The notes beneath the pieces are model-generated. The model searched no databases and was not told where the DNA came from. It saw only the letters and a program-made list of their open reading frames with translations. Positions 36,561 to 49,600 of a DNA stretch of 64,000 nt are shown one piece after another (position 1 is the first letter of the stretch; each line of letters starts with the position of its first letter). Made by a program: the position numbers and the translations under genes. The DNA comes from Hypanus sabinus. Its lineage: Eukaryota. The stretch spans positions 176,390,001 to 176,454,000 of the forward strand of contig NC_082707.1 of the NCBI RefSeq assembly GCF_030144855.1, written 5' to 3'.

Positions 36561-37369
36561 GTCAACAAAGAGTAATCAGGTCATCAGTTGCTACTTATAG
36601 TTCAATGCCTGGGTGCAGTTGAAATAATTCTTTCACTGTTTCGTAAGCTACCAGAAGCTTTGAAATGTTGTTCACAAAGCCTGGTGGAATTTAAATATTT
36701 CAGGGTGTGGTTTTTGTATTTAATAAAGCCATGAGATGGAGTCATGGTTCAAGGGAGCAGCTAACTAAAACAAGTTTATTTCCATGCAGGGTGTGATCAG
36801 CTAAATTACTAAAGCTGAGGCTACTTTTTAATGTGTAGACAAATTGTAGGAGAATGCCTGTCTGTCTAAGTTTAAGTTATTTACCACTAATCAAAGTTTT
36901 CTAATGAGATCATTTCCCGCAACAGTAGGGAAGCTAAACAATGTGCATCATCTGCAACTTGGTCATTCAATGGAGTTCTGTGATTCGGATCCCTATATCT
37001 CGTCTGACATTACAGGCTCGTATTAATGGACATACTAGTTGTTGACCACAGATGTGTATGGTTCCCAGCTTTATCATGCCCTTCCTTTCCTGTTTTGTAT
37101 TTCTGATCCAGTACCCTCACTATGAATAGCAACTCACAGCTTGTTAACTTGATAAGCTTGTTAAATGTGGTGCAAGGCACCTTTTATTCTGTACTCAGTT
37201 TTCAGAATGTGGGCACTGCTGGGAAAGCCAGCAGTTATTGCCCACCCACAATCACCAAAGGTCAGTGTTGATCTATCTTCTTGAATCCTACAGTCCCACA
37301 GCTGAAAGGATACCCAGCCTGCGTTTGGGTGAGGAGCTCCAGGTTTAGCACTAGCAACTGTGATGGAGA

Positions 37370-37655
37370 AAGATTTATTTGTCACAGGTGCATTGAGACA
37401 CACAGAGAAATGCATCACTTGTGTCAAACCAAATCAGTGAGGATTGTGTTGGGTAGCCCGCAAGTATCACCATGCTGTTGGTGCCAGCATAGCACACCCA
37501 CTACGCACAAACCTTAGCTGTACATCTTCGTGGGAGGAAACCAGAGCACCCAGAGGAAACCCACATGGTCAAAGAGAGAACATGCAAACTCCTTACAGAC
37601 AGCAGTGGGGATTGAACCCTGAATGGTGACCACAGGTTACACTGCCTGCTACACT
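37370..37655 (-). mobile_element. V-SINE (antisense)
   Basis: GGGAGGAAACCAGAGCACCCAGAGGAAACCCAC...CAAACTCC...GGGATTGAACC is the reverse complement of the V-domain and B-box. Confidence 0.75.
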
Positions 37656-37754
37656 CGATGTTCCTCTATGACTGTCCTTTGCTTTCAAATGTGTTTGCAA
37701 CCCAAGTTTTAATTGAAGATTATTCTGCTGACCAATATAATAATGGGTTTAAAA

Positions 37755-38215
37755 GGGGCAGCATGGTAACGCGGTGGCTAGCACAACACTTTATAGTACA
37801 GGTGACACGGGTTCAATTCCCGCTGCTGCCTGTAAGGAGTTTGTACGTTCTCCCCGTGACAGTGTGGGTTTCCTCCAGGTGCTCCGGTTTCCTCCCACAG
37901 TTCAAAGACATACTGGTTGGTAGGTTAATTGGTCATTGCAAATTCCTGTGTGATTAGACCAGAGTTGGTGCATGGCCAAGTGGTTAAGGCTGTGGGCTGG
38001 CGATCTGAAGGTTGTTAGTTCGAGCCTCAGCCGAGGCAGCGTGTGTGTCCTTGAGCAAGGCATTTAACCACACACTGCTCCTGCACGTTTATAGCCCAGT
38101 GGCGGCGGTCGGTGTAGTGTGGACAGGACAGGAGTTAAATTGAGGGATTGCTGAGCGGTGAGGCCGGAAGCGCCAGAGGGACCTATTCTGTATTGTATCT
38201 CAATAAATAAATAAA
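37755..38215 (+). mobile_element. tRNA-derived V-SINE (HE1-like), interrupted by a second SINE
   Basis: B-box GGGTTCAATTCC; V-domain GGAGTTTGTACGTTCTCCCCGTG...GTGCTCCGGTTTCCTCCCAC; (AATA)n tail. Confidence 0.8.
37967..38131 (+). mobile_element. tRNA-derived CORE-type SINE nested in the V-SINE
   Basis: A-box TGGCCAAGTGG, B-box GTTCGAGCC, CORE-like GTGTCCTTGAGCAAGGCATTTAACC; TSD GAGTT (37962-37966 and 38132-38136). Confidence 0.7.
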
Positions 38216-39319
38216 AGTAATTATACCTATAAGGTTTGTTCTCAGGCTAATAAACAATAGAATATCTTATAAGTAGGCACTGTGTCCTACATGAATTGAT
38301 GGGAATATGTGGAGCAGGTTCGGCAGGGCCAAGAAAACCCTTTGTCAGTCCAATGCCAGCATCAGCACAAACAGCATGATGAGCGAAGTAGCCAGACATC
38401 TGAATGCTGTGCTGCTTAAACCCCCAGTATTAGTCTGGCTCCCTGCATCAATTTTCCATGTTCCTATGGGCATACATTTCAGAATTTGCTCACCTAGCCA
38501 CCACGTTCCCATTTCTTGTTCCTGGACATTTTAACTTGTTACTAGCATGTAAAGGTACCGGAACTTGCTGCGTCTACGAGCATTCGGAACACTCTCCCAC
38601 CTGCTGCAGTGTTGACCTTTTCATAATATTCATCTCAATAAGTTGGGCATGACTTTATCATGTTAGTTATGTATGTAGCACTTGTCTAGAATAAAACAAC
38701 TGACTTTCTATGATACCAGAGCTGACGAGATGAGTTCTTACGGTACACAGTATATGGCTGATGAAACATCAGCAGAAGTGCATTGTGCACTGAATGATAT
38801 GTAGTGCTTTCAGATCTATAATTACCTTGTTATCTTCTGTGCTCCACTTGATCTTTCATACTTTATATTTTTATCTTTTCAGACTTATACTTCATCTTTC
38901 TACTTTATCTTTCATAATAATTATGCAATATTATCTTCCTTTTCTCAGAAATGGTACATGTGTGTGGTCAGGAAAAATTAGACAACAGACTTCTCCAATT
39001 TTTCTGTTGAAGTAGTGGTGCGGACAAAGACGCCAGTTAGCCTTTGCATCCAATCTCCATTTCTCTTGTACCCAATCCCAAACTGATTAATCAATTAGTT
39101 CATTGGATCTTGCTGAATATGAATTGGACATTGGGTTCGCCAACAAATCTGAAGAAGTTCAGGAACAAGTATATTGATTTTGAAGGCTGGTTGAAGTCTC
39201 GGAGGAGTGCTTCTGGGTTGTGGTAATTGGAGAAGTTTTCTCCGAGGATCATGAACTTGTGGTGGAGTGGCTTGTGAGTTTCTGAGATCCTGAGCATGGT
39301 GCTATCTAGAGTTTAGCCT

Positions 39320-39700
39320 TAAATCCTGGTAGGGTCGCCAGTGGTGGTAAGGTCAAGGAAGAGGTTCCAGAAAAAGAGTGATCCAACCAAGGCCTCAGTG
39401 CTGAAGCTGACAGAAGATGATGGCACATCACAATGGCAGTGAAGGTGGTAGTAGGCTGCAACAGTAAAGGGCCCTCAGTTGTCTTGCATTCCATGCCACT
39501 GGACCCTGACCCGGATCTGTCAAGGACCATGTGATGGCTGCCCATGCATCAGCTTCCCCATATTAAACAAAGTCATGAGCAGTCATTCTCCATTAAGGAA
39601 ATCCATCGTAACATTCTGGATTAAGTCACATAGCGATGAGCAAGTGGCAAAGCAGGCAGGATTGTGAGATCTCGCCAGAATATGTGGATCCCAAATTGGC
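39320..39700 (+). mobile_element. Probable RTE/Expander-type LINE 5' fragment
   Basis: GGTAGGGTC...GGTCAAGG...CCAGA..AAGAG.GATCCAA pattern, recalled from RTE 5' UTRs; weak. Confidence 0.35.
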
Positions 39701-40600
39701 CTGTGCAGACACCTTAGGTCCCACCAATAGACAACCTCTTAGAGGAACATCATACTGACTTGAATGATCGCACTACTATAAATCGGAGGAGTGATTGAAT
39801 GTACATTGTGGAAGATGTCATGAGAAGAAGAGATATCATGCAACCACACTGGGGCCACAAGCTCCAGATGTAAATTGAGGAGACATTGGGAGGGGATACT
39901 GATGACCATTAGCACCAGGACTGAGGTGCTAATGATAAGTGCAGGAGAAAATTTGACAACTTGACCAGTTCTGAATGAATTCATCATTAAATGGCACATT
40001 CTAACAATTGTTTCATCCACTTGCTAAATTTCCACCTTATAATTCAAACAATGTACAGCTTTCAAAGGCTGGCAGCTGTTTACTATGAAAGCTGCATTAA
40101 TTAGGCATATTGCAGGTTATTGACTGGTAGGTTCCTCTCTCTCAAAGACATGGCACATGATAGTAAGAGCTGGGAGATTGCAGCTAGATTTACCCTCTTA
40201 TCAGAGAGAGAGTGCTAGCTCAAAATTTTCCATTGATGTTACACTAAATTGAATTCTTTGAGGCCCAAACTGAAATGGTCCTTATTTCTTATAAGTAAAA
40301 GTGTGAAATGACAGAGATTGAAAGCATTAATACCCATCAGGCATGAAATTGTTCAGTAAAATGTATATTAGTTTGAAGTTCCTTTCTCAGCTCTTTTAGA
40401 AAAGATGTCAACCCACTTTTAAATCAAATTAGTTCCCTGCTAAAGGAATTCAAGACAAATATGTTGAAGATTATTTGTACCAGTATCCCATGGTGTATCT
40501 CCAGGGTCCAATGCTGTTTTTTTTGGTCATGAGAGAGTGTATGGCTTAGCGACAATTGAAAAACAAGTTTTGTATGAAATTTCACTGACGAGCAGTGATT

Positions 40601-40990
40601 TCGCTGTCACTGAAATGTTACCAGAACCTGCTGAGTGATTTTAGATGTCTGAAGAGTCATTAAATGTTCTAGCATGTCCTGTTTTGTTTATCTTCAACCC
40701 AGTTTCTATTTAAAGTTTTAAACTTACACAACAAATTATAGTTCAAACTACTAGTTCCCGATAAGTGGTCTGGAACCTGAGTAGCGGAGCTGGTTTTATA
40801 GAACTCTTGGTTCTGCAGAGGACTTGCAATCTGTATCTATCCTCAGTGCCCTTTTGTAACCTCCAGCTAATGCCTGCTGAAAAATACACAAAGCTTCAGT
40901 TGATTGCAAGACGAGAAATAAGAACATTTAATGACTCTTCAGACATCTAAAATCACTCAGCAGGTTCTGGTACAATTTCAGTGACAGTGA
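40601..40990. repeat. 70-bp inverted repeat (52 bp perfect) with a 250-bp spacer
   Basis: 40619-40670 is the exact reverse complement of 40921-40972. It extends to 40601 and 40990 with 3 mismatches. Confidence 0.92.
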
Positions 40991-41249
40991 GAACAGTAGA
41001 GTTAATGTAATAGACCAGGACCTTTCTTCTTATTTCCAGCATCTGTGATTTTTTTTTATTGTTGTCTGGATAGAATTGCATGCCTGACTTTAAACAAGAA
41101 AAAACAAATTGCTGGAGGAAGCAGCGTCTGTGGGGGGCGGGGGGGGGAGCGGATGTATTGATGTTTTTAGTCGAGATCTTGCACCAGGATGAAAACTGGA
41201 GAGTGAAGATAACGAGTATAGAGGGTGAGAGGCATGAAGTCTGATTTCA

Positions 41250-41860
41250 AGGTCTGAATCAGAATCAGATTTATTAATATTATAATGTGAAATTTGCTGT
41301 TTTGTATCAACATTTCGGTGGAAAGACATAAAATTACTTTAAACTACAAAAATAAATAAAATAGTACAATAAAAACGGAATAAAGAGATTGTGTTCATAA
41401 GTTTATGGACCATTCAGAAATCTGGTAGCATTAAGGAAGAAGAAGTTCCTAAAATGTTGAGTGTGGGTCTTTACGCTTCTGTACCTCCTCCCTAATGGAG
41501 AGGGCATGTCCCAGGTGGTGAAGGTCTGTAGCGATGGAAATTGCCTTTTCGAAGCACAGCCTCTTGAAAATGTCCTCGATGGTGGTTAGGGTTGGGTCCC
41601 TGGTGGAGAGGAGTCTACAACCGTTTACAGCCTCTTTCGATCCTATACATTTGAGCCTCCATACCAGGCTGTGATGTAATCAGTCTGAATGTTCTTTCAC
41701 CATACATCTCTAGAAATTTGTGAGAGGTTTTGGTAACGCTCCAAATCTCCTCAAACTTCTAACAAAGTAGAGATGCTGGCATGCCTTCTTCATGCTTGCA
41801 TCAATATGTTTGTCCCAGGACAGATCTGCTGACCTGTCAGTGACGATTGGTATGTGTTCT
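41250..41860 (-). mobile_element. Rex1/Babar LINE 3' fragment (antisense)
   Basis: DLSWDKHIDASMKKACQHLYFVRSLRRFG in ORF 41710..41919. Confidence 0.75.
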
Positions 41861-41864
41861 TCTG

Positions 41865-43832
41865 GACAGGAGGGTCTGTGAGCAAGAACGAGATTCCTGG
41901 ATGGTATGTTGCCTCCCAAGTGCCAGGGTGTGGGATGTCTCAGATCGAATCCTCAGCATTCTTATGTGGTAGGGAGAAGGCATGGTCATTGACATGGGTA
42001 GGACGAGTGATGGAGGTTCTGCATGGGGAGTTCAGGGAGTTAGGTGCTAAGTTAAAGGGCAGGGACTCCAGGGTTGTGATCTCAGGATTGCTACCCCGTG
42101 CCATGTGCTAGTGAGGCTAGAATTAGGAAGATTATACAATTTAATATGTGGCTAAGGAGCTGGTGTAGGAGGGAGGGCATAAGCTTTTTAGATCATTGGG
42201 ATCTCTTCCAGGGAAGATGGGACCTGTACAGACGGGACAGTTTGCACCTGAACTGGAAGGGGACTAAATCCTAGTGGGAAGGTTTGTTAATGCGGCACGG
42301 TGGGGTTTAAACTAGAGTTGCAGGACGATGGGAGCCAGCGTGCCAGGACAGTTACTGGAAAGGTTGTGGAGGCAGATGGTAAGAGCTCAGACAGTTATGA
42401 ATCAAAAGGTTGAGCATGGTGCGACTAGTGTCCTGAGCTGTCTGTATTTCAGCAAGAAGTATTGCAGGAAAGGTGGATAATAGTGCTGAAGATGAGGTAG
42501 CTGGCTTACAAACAGAGGCAATGTGTAGTGAGGAGAGGCTATTGATAGGGCAACATTGCAGACAACAGGGTGAGTTACAATGTAAAAGGCGGGCAAAATG
42601 AAAAGGGTGAAAACAGGACTGAAGGTGTTGTATCTGAATGCTTCAGCTTATGGACTAGTTGCAGATTGTTGTTCTAGCCTCACTGAATCATGGCTGAAAG
42701 ATTATAGCTGCAAGCTTAATATCCTAGGATACACAATGTATCAAAAGGACAGGCAGGAAGGCAGAGGGCGTGGCGTTGCTCCGTTGGTAAAAAATTAAAT
42801 CATTAGAAAGAGGTCGGAAGGTGTTGAATTATCATGGATAGAGCTAAGGAACTGCAAGGGTAAAAAGACCCTGATGAGAGTTACATACAGACTCCCAAAC
42901 AGTAGTAAGGATGTGACCTACATAATACAGCAGGAGATAGAAAATGCGTGCCAAAAGGGCAATGTTATAATAATACATGGGGGATTTTGATATGCAGGTA
43001 GATTGGGGAAATCAGGATGGTGCTAGATTCCAGAATGTTATGAGATTACTTAAAAGAGCAGCTCATAGTTGAGTCCACTGAAGGATCAGCTATTCTAGAT
43101 TTGGTGTTGTACAATGATCCATAATTGATTAGAGAGCTTAAGGTAAAAGTACCCTTTGGGGAAGTTATCAAATTATGATCGAATTGCACTGAAGTTTGAG
43201 GCGAAGTTAAATTCAAGTATTTCAGTTTTATAGTGGAGTAAAAGGAATTACAGAGGCACGAGAGAGGAGCTGGCCAGAAATGATTGGAAAAGAACACTGG
43301 CAGGGATGACAGCAGAAAAACAGTGGCTGGAATTTCTGGAAGCAATTCAGAGGCACAGAATATATACATCCCAAAGAGGAAGAAGTATTCAAAAGGAAAG
43401 ATGGCACATTCATAGTTAACAAGATGGCACATTCATGGTTAACAAGTCAAAACCAACATAAAAGTCAAAGAGAGGGCATATAATAGATCAAAAATTAGTG
43501 GGAAGTTAGATTGGGAAGCTTTTAAAAACCAACAGAAGGCAACTAAAAAAGGCATTAAGAAGGTAAAGATAGAATACAAAAGTAAGCTAGCCAACAATAA
43601 TAAAGAGGATACCAAAAGTTTCTTCAGATACATAAAGTGTAAAAAAGAAGTGTAAGTGGATATTGGACTGCTGGAAAATGACGCTGCAGAGGTAGTAATG
43701 GGGGACAACAAAATGGCAGACAAATTGAATAAGTATTTTGGATCAGTCTTCACTGTGGAAGACACTAGCAGTGTGGTGGGAGTTCCAGGTGTCAGGGGCC
43801 ATGAACTTGTGTAAAGTTACCATAACCAGAGA
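41865..43832 (+). mobile_element. Degenerate CR1 LINE 5'/middle part (ORF1 esterase remnant and ORF2 endonuclease region)
   Basis: GEFRELGAKLKGRDSRVVISGLLP (ORF1); LKVLYLNA, LTESWL and KDRQEGRGRGVA (APE endonuclease). Confidence 0.85.
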
Positions 43833-46128
43833 AAATAGAGTCTTATTGTCTAATTTCTACTTTCTGAAGTCACAGTCAGTTCCTTGGTCTTGTTGATGTT
43901 GAGTGTGAGGTTGTTGTTGCGGAACCACTCAAAAGCTAATCCTGTCTGCCTCCGCATCATCCTCTGAGATACTATAATGACAATGGTGTCACTGGTGAAT
44001 GTACTGATGGCATTTGATATGCTTCCTAGCCACATAGTATTGAGGACAGAGAGAGTAGATTCATCAGATAAGCACACACCTTTGAGGTGGTTGTCAGTGA
44101 GGAGGTATTACTGATCTGCACTGACTGTGTTTGTCAATAAGTTGTCAATAAATTTCGTTGGCATTGGTTCAATCATTTATTTGGCAGAAAAGATTTAAAT
44201 TTCAATCTATTTGATTTGAAATTTCAGAACGCGCAACATAATTTTGATTAATCCTTTGGGATTTTGTGTTGAATATTGGACCACATGGAAGTGACGTACA
44301 GGAAAATGGATGACTGAGTAACAGCAGACTTCCAACTGCCAGATAGTCTTATATTGCAGTACAAGGGATTGTACTTGTATTAAAGGGATTAATTTTCTTC
44401 TGAAGCTGTAGTGAAATAAAAGGAATGTTTGCTTTTGTTAAACAGCTTAAACATTCTTTTAAGATGAGAAATTCCATTGTTCACCATCTTGTCCTGGAAC
44501 TGGGCTTGACTCCAAAAATGTGATCTCTAAACAGCATTATTTCAAAGTTACAATCATATAGTCTTTAAGTTTCATATTAGAATCATAGCTGACATTAATG
44601 GCTATTTGAATTCATTCCACTTTCCAGTTCTTGTCTAGCAATCGTGTGCTTTTTGCAATTTTGAGTTCATAACAGGAATTTGTAAATGTGATGGGCATTC
44701 CAGACCTAATCTCCTTTCATGCAGTGAGCTCCAGATATTGCACAAACATTGGGTTGAATTCTTTTTCCTCAGTAAAACCTGCCTCTAACATACTACCTCT
44801 ATTCAGCAAATGGCTTAAATACATGTTTCTTAGTTGATAAAATCTCTGCAAAAATGGAAATAAGCCCTTCATGTTCACCCTGGCAAGGCTTCTAATTTTA
44901 TACATGGCAATACAATGTCCTCTGAATTACTTTTGTTCCATAGAAAGCAATCTAGTCTAGCCAATTTCTCCTTAAACTCAAAAACTGGTTAAATTTTCAT
45001 TACTCTTCTTGAACCCTCTCAGGTCCTATCACATCTTTCCTGTAGAGGGGTGACCACACATGTACATAGCAATCCAGCTGCGATTTAACCATTGTTTTGT
45101 GTACATCCAACATGTGTTGGTATTGGTTTATTGTCACCATGTACTGAGATTCAGTGAAAAGCTTGTCTTGTTTACTATTCATACAAATCAAATCATGACA
45201 TAGTGTATTGAGGTAGAACAATAAAAAATGCAGAATAAAGTGTGAAAGTGCAGTGCAGGTAAACAATAAAATGCATGACCATAGCATGGTAGATTATGAG
45301 GTCAAGACTCAATCTCAATGTACAAGAGTCTGATGACACTGGGGTAGAGTCGGTACCTGAGCCCAATGGTATGTGCTTTTAGGCGTTTGTTTCTGTTCGA
45401 TGGGAGAAGGGAGAGGACAGAATATCTGGTGGGTGGGGTGTTTGATTATGCTGGCTTCTTACTGAGACAGTGAGAGATATAGCCACAATCATAGAGAGGA
45501 GGCTGGTTTCTATAATGTGCTGAGTTGTGTCAATAACTCTTTACGGGCTCTTTGGTTTACAGAGCAGTTGCCAAATCACGTTCTTATGTATCCAGAAGGA
45601 ATGCATTGGTAAAAAGTGTAAAGGTTGACAGGAACAGGCTATATTTCTTTAGCCTACTCATCTTACATGCTATAGCCAATTAATACTGTTATCCCAAATG
45701 ACAGCTTAGCCACCTTATCTGCTGTCTTGCTGACTTCATGGAGTTGTGGATGTACACTTGTTCTTCTGGAGTTCTTCATATTGTACCATTAATTGTGATG
45801 GAAATGAAAGAAATGATGAAGAAAGAAATAAGTTGAATTAGTGTCAAATCAACTACAGAAAAAAATTGAAAGGGAAAGATAGATTAGGCTGAGAAAGAGT
45901 GAGGAGAACCAGGAGAGTTTAACTTCTTATAATTTAATTTCTTTAAATCTGTAGCAACAATTTGTTACCAGCAGAAATGAAACTTGATAGTTTCAATTAC
46001 TTTTTAGTTGGGGGTGGGTGAGGTGCATATACAGTGGTGCAGCTGAGTTGCATGACATTGTAGAAACCTAAATCTCTTTATTAAGAAGCTGCCTTCACTA
46101 CTAAGTACTGCCCTTATCATGTGCTAAG

Positions 46129-46164
46129 AGTCCTGCCGAAGGGTCTCAGCCGGAAACGTTGACT
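46129..46164 (+). ncRNA. Degenerate minimal type-I hammerhead ribozyme motif in a Penelope-derived repeat
   Basis: AGTC-CTGCCGA-AGGGTCTCAGCCG-GAAAC-GTT-GACT: stem I AGTC/GACT and a palindromic ACGT stem III. The core carries substitutions. Confidence 0.55.
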
Positions 46165-46559
46165 GTATTCTTTTCCATAGATATTGTCTGGCCTGCTGGG
46201 TTTTGTGTGTGTTGCAAAGCCACGAAGTGGTTGAGTCGAGCTAATCTTTGTGTCAGACTAATATTGGAGGGATGCTGCTTGTGAATAACATTTTGTCTTA
46301 ATGAGTTGTTGGACTGCTTAATCATTACAGTGGCTCAATAAGCTGGGTGCAAATTTGGGAAGACCAATTAGACCAATATATCCAAGCTCCTGGCAAATCA
46401 TAAGTGAGTGACAAAGAATGGGGCTTTATTTCCGTATCAGGAATGTGTCTGAATTGGAAGGGAAGCTGCAGGTGGTGGTGGATTCCCATGTGCCCTTTGC
46501 CCTTTCATTTAAGGTTGGAGAGCAGGAATTAAGACTGTGTATATCATAAAGACTTGTTT

Positions 46560-48595
46560 CAAACATAGTACAGCACAGGAACAGGCCCTACAGCCCACAA
46601 TGTTGTGCCACACCAAATAAATTAGAAATCAGATGGCCAACTAAACTAATCCCTTGTGCCTACGCATATCTGTCCATATCCTTCCATTTTTCTCACATTC
46701 ATGTGTCTATCTAAATGTCTCTTAAAAGCCTCAGTTTATCTGCCTTTACCACCACCCCAGGTAGTACATGCCAGGCACCCATGATTCTCTGTGTAAAAAA
46801 AAAACGGCCCTCACATCTAGTTTGAAATGAACCCTTCTCATCTTAAGTGCATGCCCTTTGGTATTAGATATTTCAACCTGGGAGAAAGACACCATCTATC
46901 TATGTCTCTCATAATCTTATAAAGCTCCATCAGGTCTCCCCACAGCCTCTGCCATTCTCAAGAAAACAGCGCAAGTTTGTGCAACCTCGTGTTATAGCAC
47001 TTGGCTCTAATCCAGGCAGCATCCTGGTAAACCTCTTCTGCACCCTCTCTAAAGCCTCAGCATCCTTCCTACAACGGGGACCAAACTGTATCTAATACTC
47101 CAGATGTGGCCTAACTAAGATTTTATAAAGTTGCCAACTTTTGAACTTAATTATCTCAAATAATAAAGGCAAGCATGCCATATGCCTTCTTAACCACCCT
47201 ATCAAACTCTATAGTTATGTTCAGGGAGCTAAGACTTCAACCCCAAGATCCCTCTGCTCATCAACACTATAGAGGATCTTACTCTTAACAGTATATTTTC
47301 TCTTTACATTTGACTTACCAGGCTGCAACACCACATTTGGTTGGGTTAAACTCCATTTGCCATTTCTCTGCCCATATCAGCAATTGATCTATATCCTGCT
47401 GTATGCTTTGCCAGTATCCACAACACCATCAATCTCATATCATCTGCAAATCACCCATCTACATTTTCATCCAGGTCATTAATATACATTACGAACAGCG
47501 GAGGTCCCAGTACAGATCCCTGCAGAACGTCACTAATCACACACCTCCGGTTAGAATAAGTCCCTTCCACCACTTTTCTCTACCTTCTACCGGCAGACCA
47601 GCTGAATCCAAATGGTCAAGTCACCATTGATCCCATGCACCTTAATCTTCTGGATGAGCCTTCCATGAGGGACCTTATCAAACAGCTTACTAAAATCCAC
47701 GTGGATGAAATCCATAGCTCTGTCTTCATCAGTCGCGCTCGTCACCTCATCAAGTTAGCAAGACACAACCTGGCAGACACAAAACCTTAATTAGGTCATG
47801 GTTTTCAAATGCTCAGAAATCCTATCCCTAAGAATTCACACCAGTAACTTCCCAACCACTGGCATGAGATTCACTCGTCTACATAAGACCATAAGACATA
47901 GAAGCAGAATTTGGCCATTCAGTCCATCGAGTCTGCTCCACCATTCCATCATGGCTGATCCCAGATCCCACTCAACCCCATACACCTGCCTTCTCGTCGT
48001 ATCCTTTGATGCCCAGAATGATTAAGAAACAATCAACTTCCACCTTAAATGTACCCATGGACTTGGTCTCCACTGCAGTCTCCACTGTGGCAGAGCATTC
48101 CACAGACTCACTAGTCTCTAGCTAAAAAAAATCCTCCTTGCCTGTATTCTAAAAAGTCACCCCTCAATTTTGAGGCTGTGCCCTCTAGTTCTGGATACAG
48201 CCACCATAGGAAACATCCTCTCCATATACCCTACCTAGTCCTTTCAACATTCGGTGGGTTTCAATGAGATCCCCCCCCCACATTCTTCTAAGTTTCAGTG
48301 AGTACAGGCCCAAAGCTGCCAAGCACTCCTCATATGTTAATCCCTTCATTCCCAGAATCATGCTCGTGAACCTCCTCTGGACTCTCTATAGTTCCATTCT
48401 TGAGCTATAGAACAACATTAGCTACTTACCAGTCCTCCAGGACCTCGCCCGTGGCTAGAGAACACTCAAAGATATTGGTCAAGGCCTCAGCAGTCTCTTT
48501 ACTTGTATCTCTCAATATCTCATCATGCCACCTTAATGCTCTTTAAGTGAACCAACACTACCTCCTCCTTTACTTTGAAAGCCCCTAAGGTATCA
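46560..48595 (-). mobile_element. Degenerate CR1 LINE with a second CR1 3' end nested at ~47880-48390
   Basis: CR1 3' tails at ~46560 and ~47880; RT-region similarity to 57190-58400. Confidence 0.8.
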
Positions 48596-48599
48596 GTAC

Positions 48600-48901
48600 T
48601 GTTATGTACCCCGTAACAGGGTGTCTTACCAGCAAAAATAGAAATATCCGTTGGAGTTTGGTACTATTTTCAAAACAGTGTTTATTAGTAAAATATACAA
48701 ATCAATATCAACAATGCAAATATACAGATAATACACATTAGCAATACTAAACCTAAAAGTGTGGGTATAATAATAATCAATAATAAACAAGCTCTATCGT
48801 TGTCTAGGGGATAAGGAATTATCATGGGAAAGTATAAAGTTCAGTTCAGTTCATGTAGGCTGACGTAGTTGTTGGTTCTTTTGTTGTAACTGTTGGAGGG
48901 G

Positions 48902-48940
<39 letters not shown>

Positions 48941-49600
48941 GAGCAAACAGTGACAGCTACAGTCATTCAAACCTTCCTTTACATTCTTGATCCGTCGATG
49001 TGTTGTTGTGGCCATTCAGGTATGACCCCTCTGTCCTTTAGCTAGACCTTTCTTCCGTGGTGGACTCATCACCCAGGCAAGGGTGGACACACACACAAGC
49101 CCCCACCGGTCTCGCTAAACACTGTGAGTTAAAATTGACTGATCCTTCGTTCGGTCTCCAATGCCCCACACCTTCTCGTGGGTTCCAACACTTAAGCAGT
49201 GCTCACTAGTGTGTCTCTTGGTGCGTCTCCAGGTTTGTCTGAGGGGTGTCTCCCCAGACCTCACTTTTATCCTTACTCACGGGGTCTCAGGTGTCAATCA
49301 GTTTTGAATGGCTTAGCCCATCAAACCAGCCCACTCCAGCTGTCCACTGAGGAATTTTAATGAACAGAATAGTACCAAGTAAACAGCCCTCTCCGGAACC
49401 ATGAGTCTTACAAGAGTCATAATATGATCTCTCTCTCCCGGTGTTATCAGCAGCAGATGTTCCAGTTTGTTTTCCTCTTATCTGTGTGTCTCTCTCATGA
49501 GCAGCATGGTAACAGTAACAATCTGTGATTCTCCCAGGGGTGGGGGACATGGGCAACCTTGCACCCTTCTGCCCATCAGAGCTGTTCATTCTTCGTAACG
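48600..49600. mobile_element. Solo-LTR-like insertion within a CR1 fragment
   Basis: 4-bp TSD GTAC (48596-48599 and 49601-49604); ends TGTTATG...CGTAACG; contains (GA)17 and a minus-strand AATAAA. Confidence 0.7.
48905..48938 (+). repeat. (GA)17 microsatellite
   Basis: Perfect dinucleotide run. Confidence 0.95.

Noticed and set aside
37967-38040. tRNA gene
   Set aside because: A/B boxes are present, but it continues into a CORE-like SINE body with a TSD and has no proper acceptor stem.
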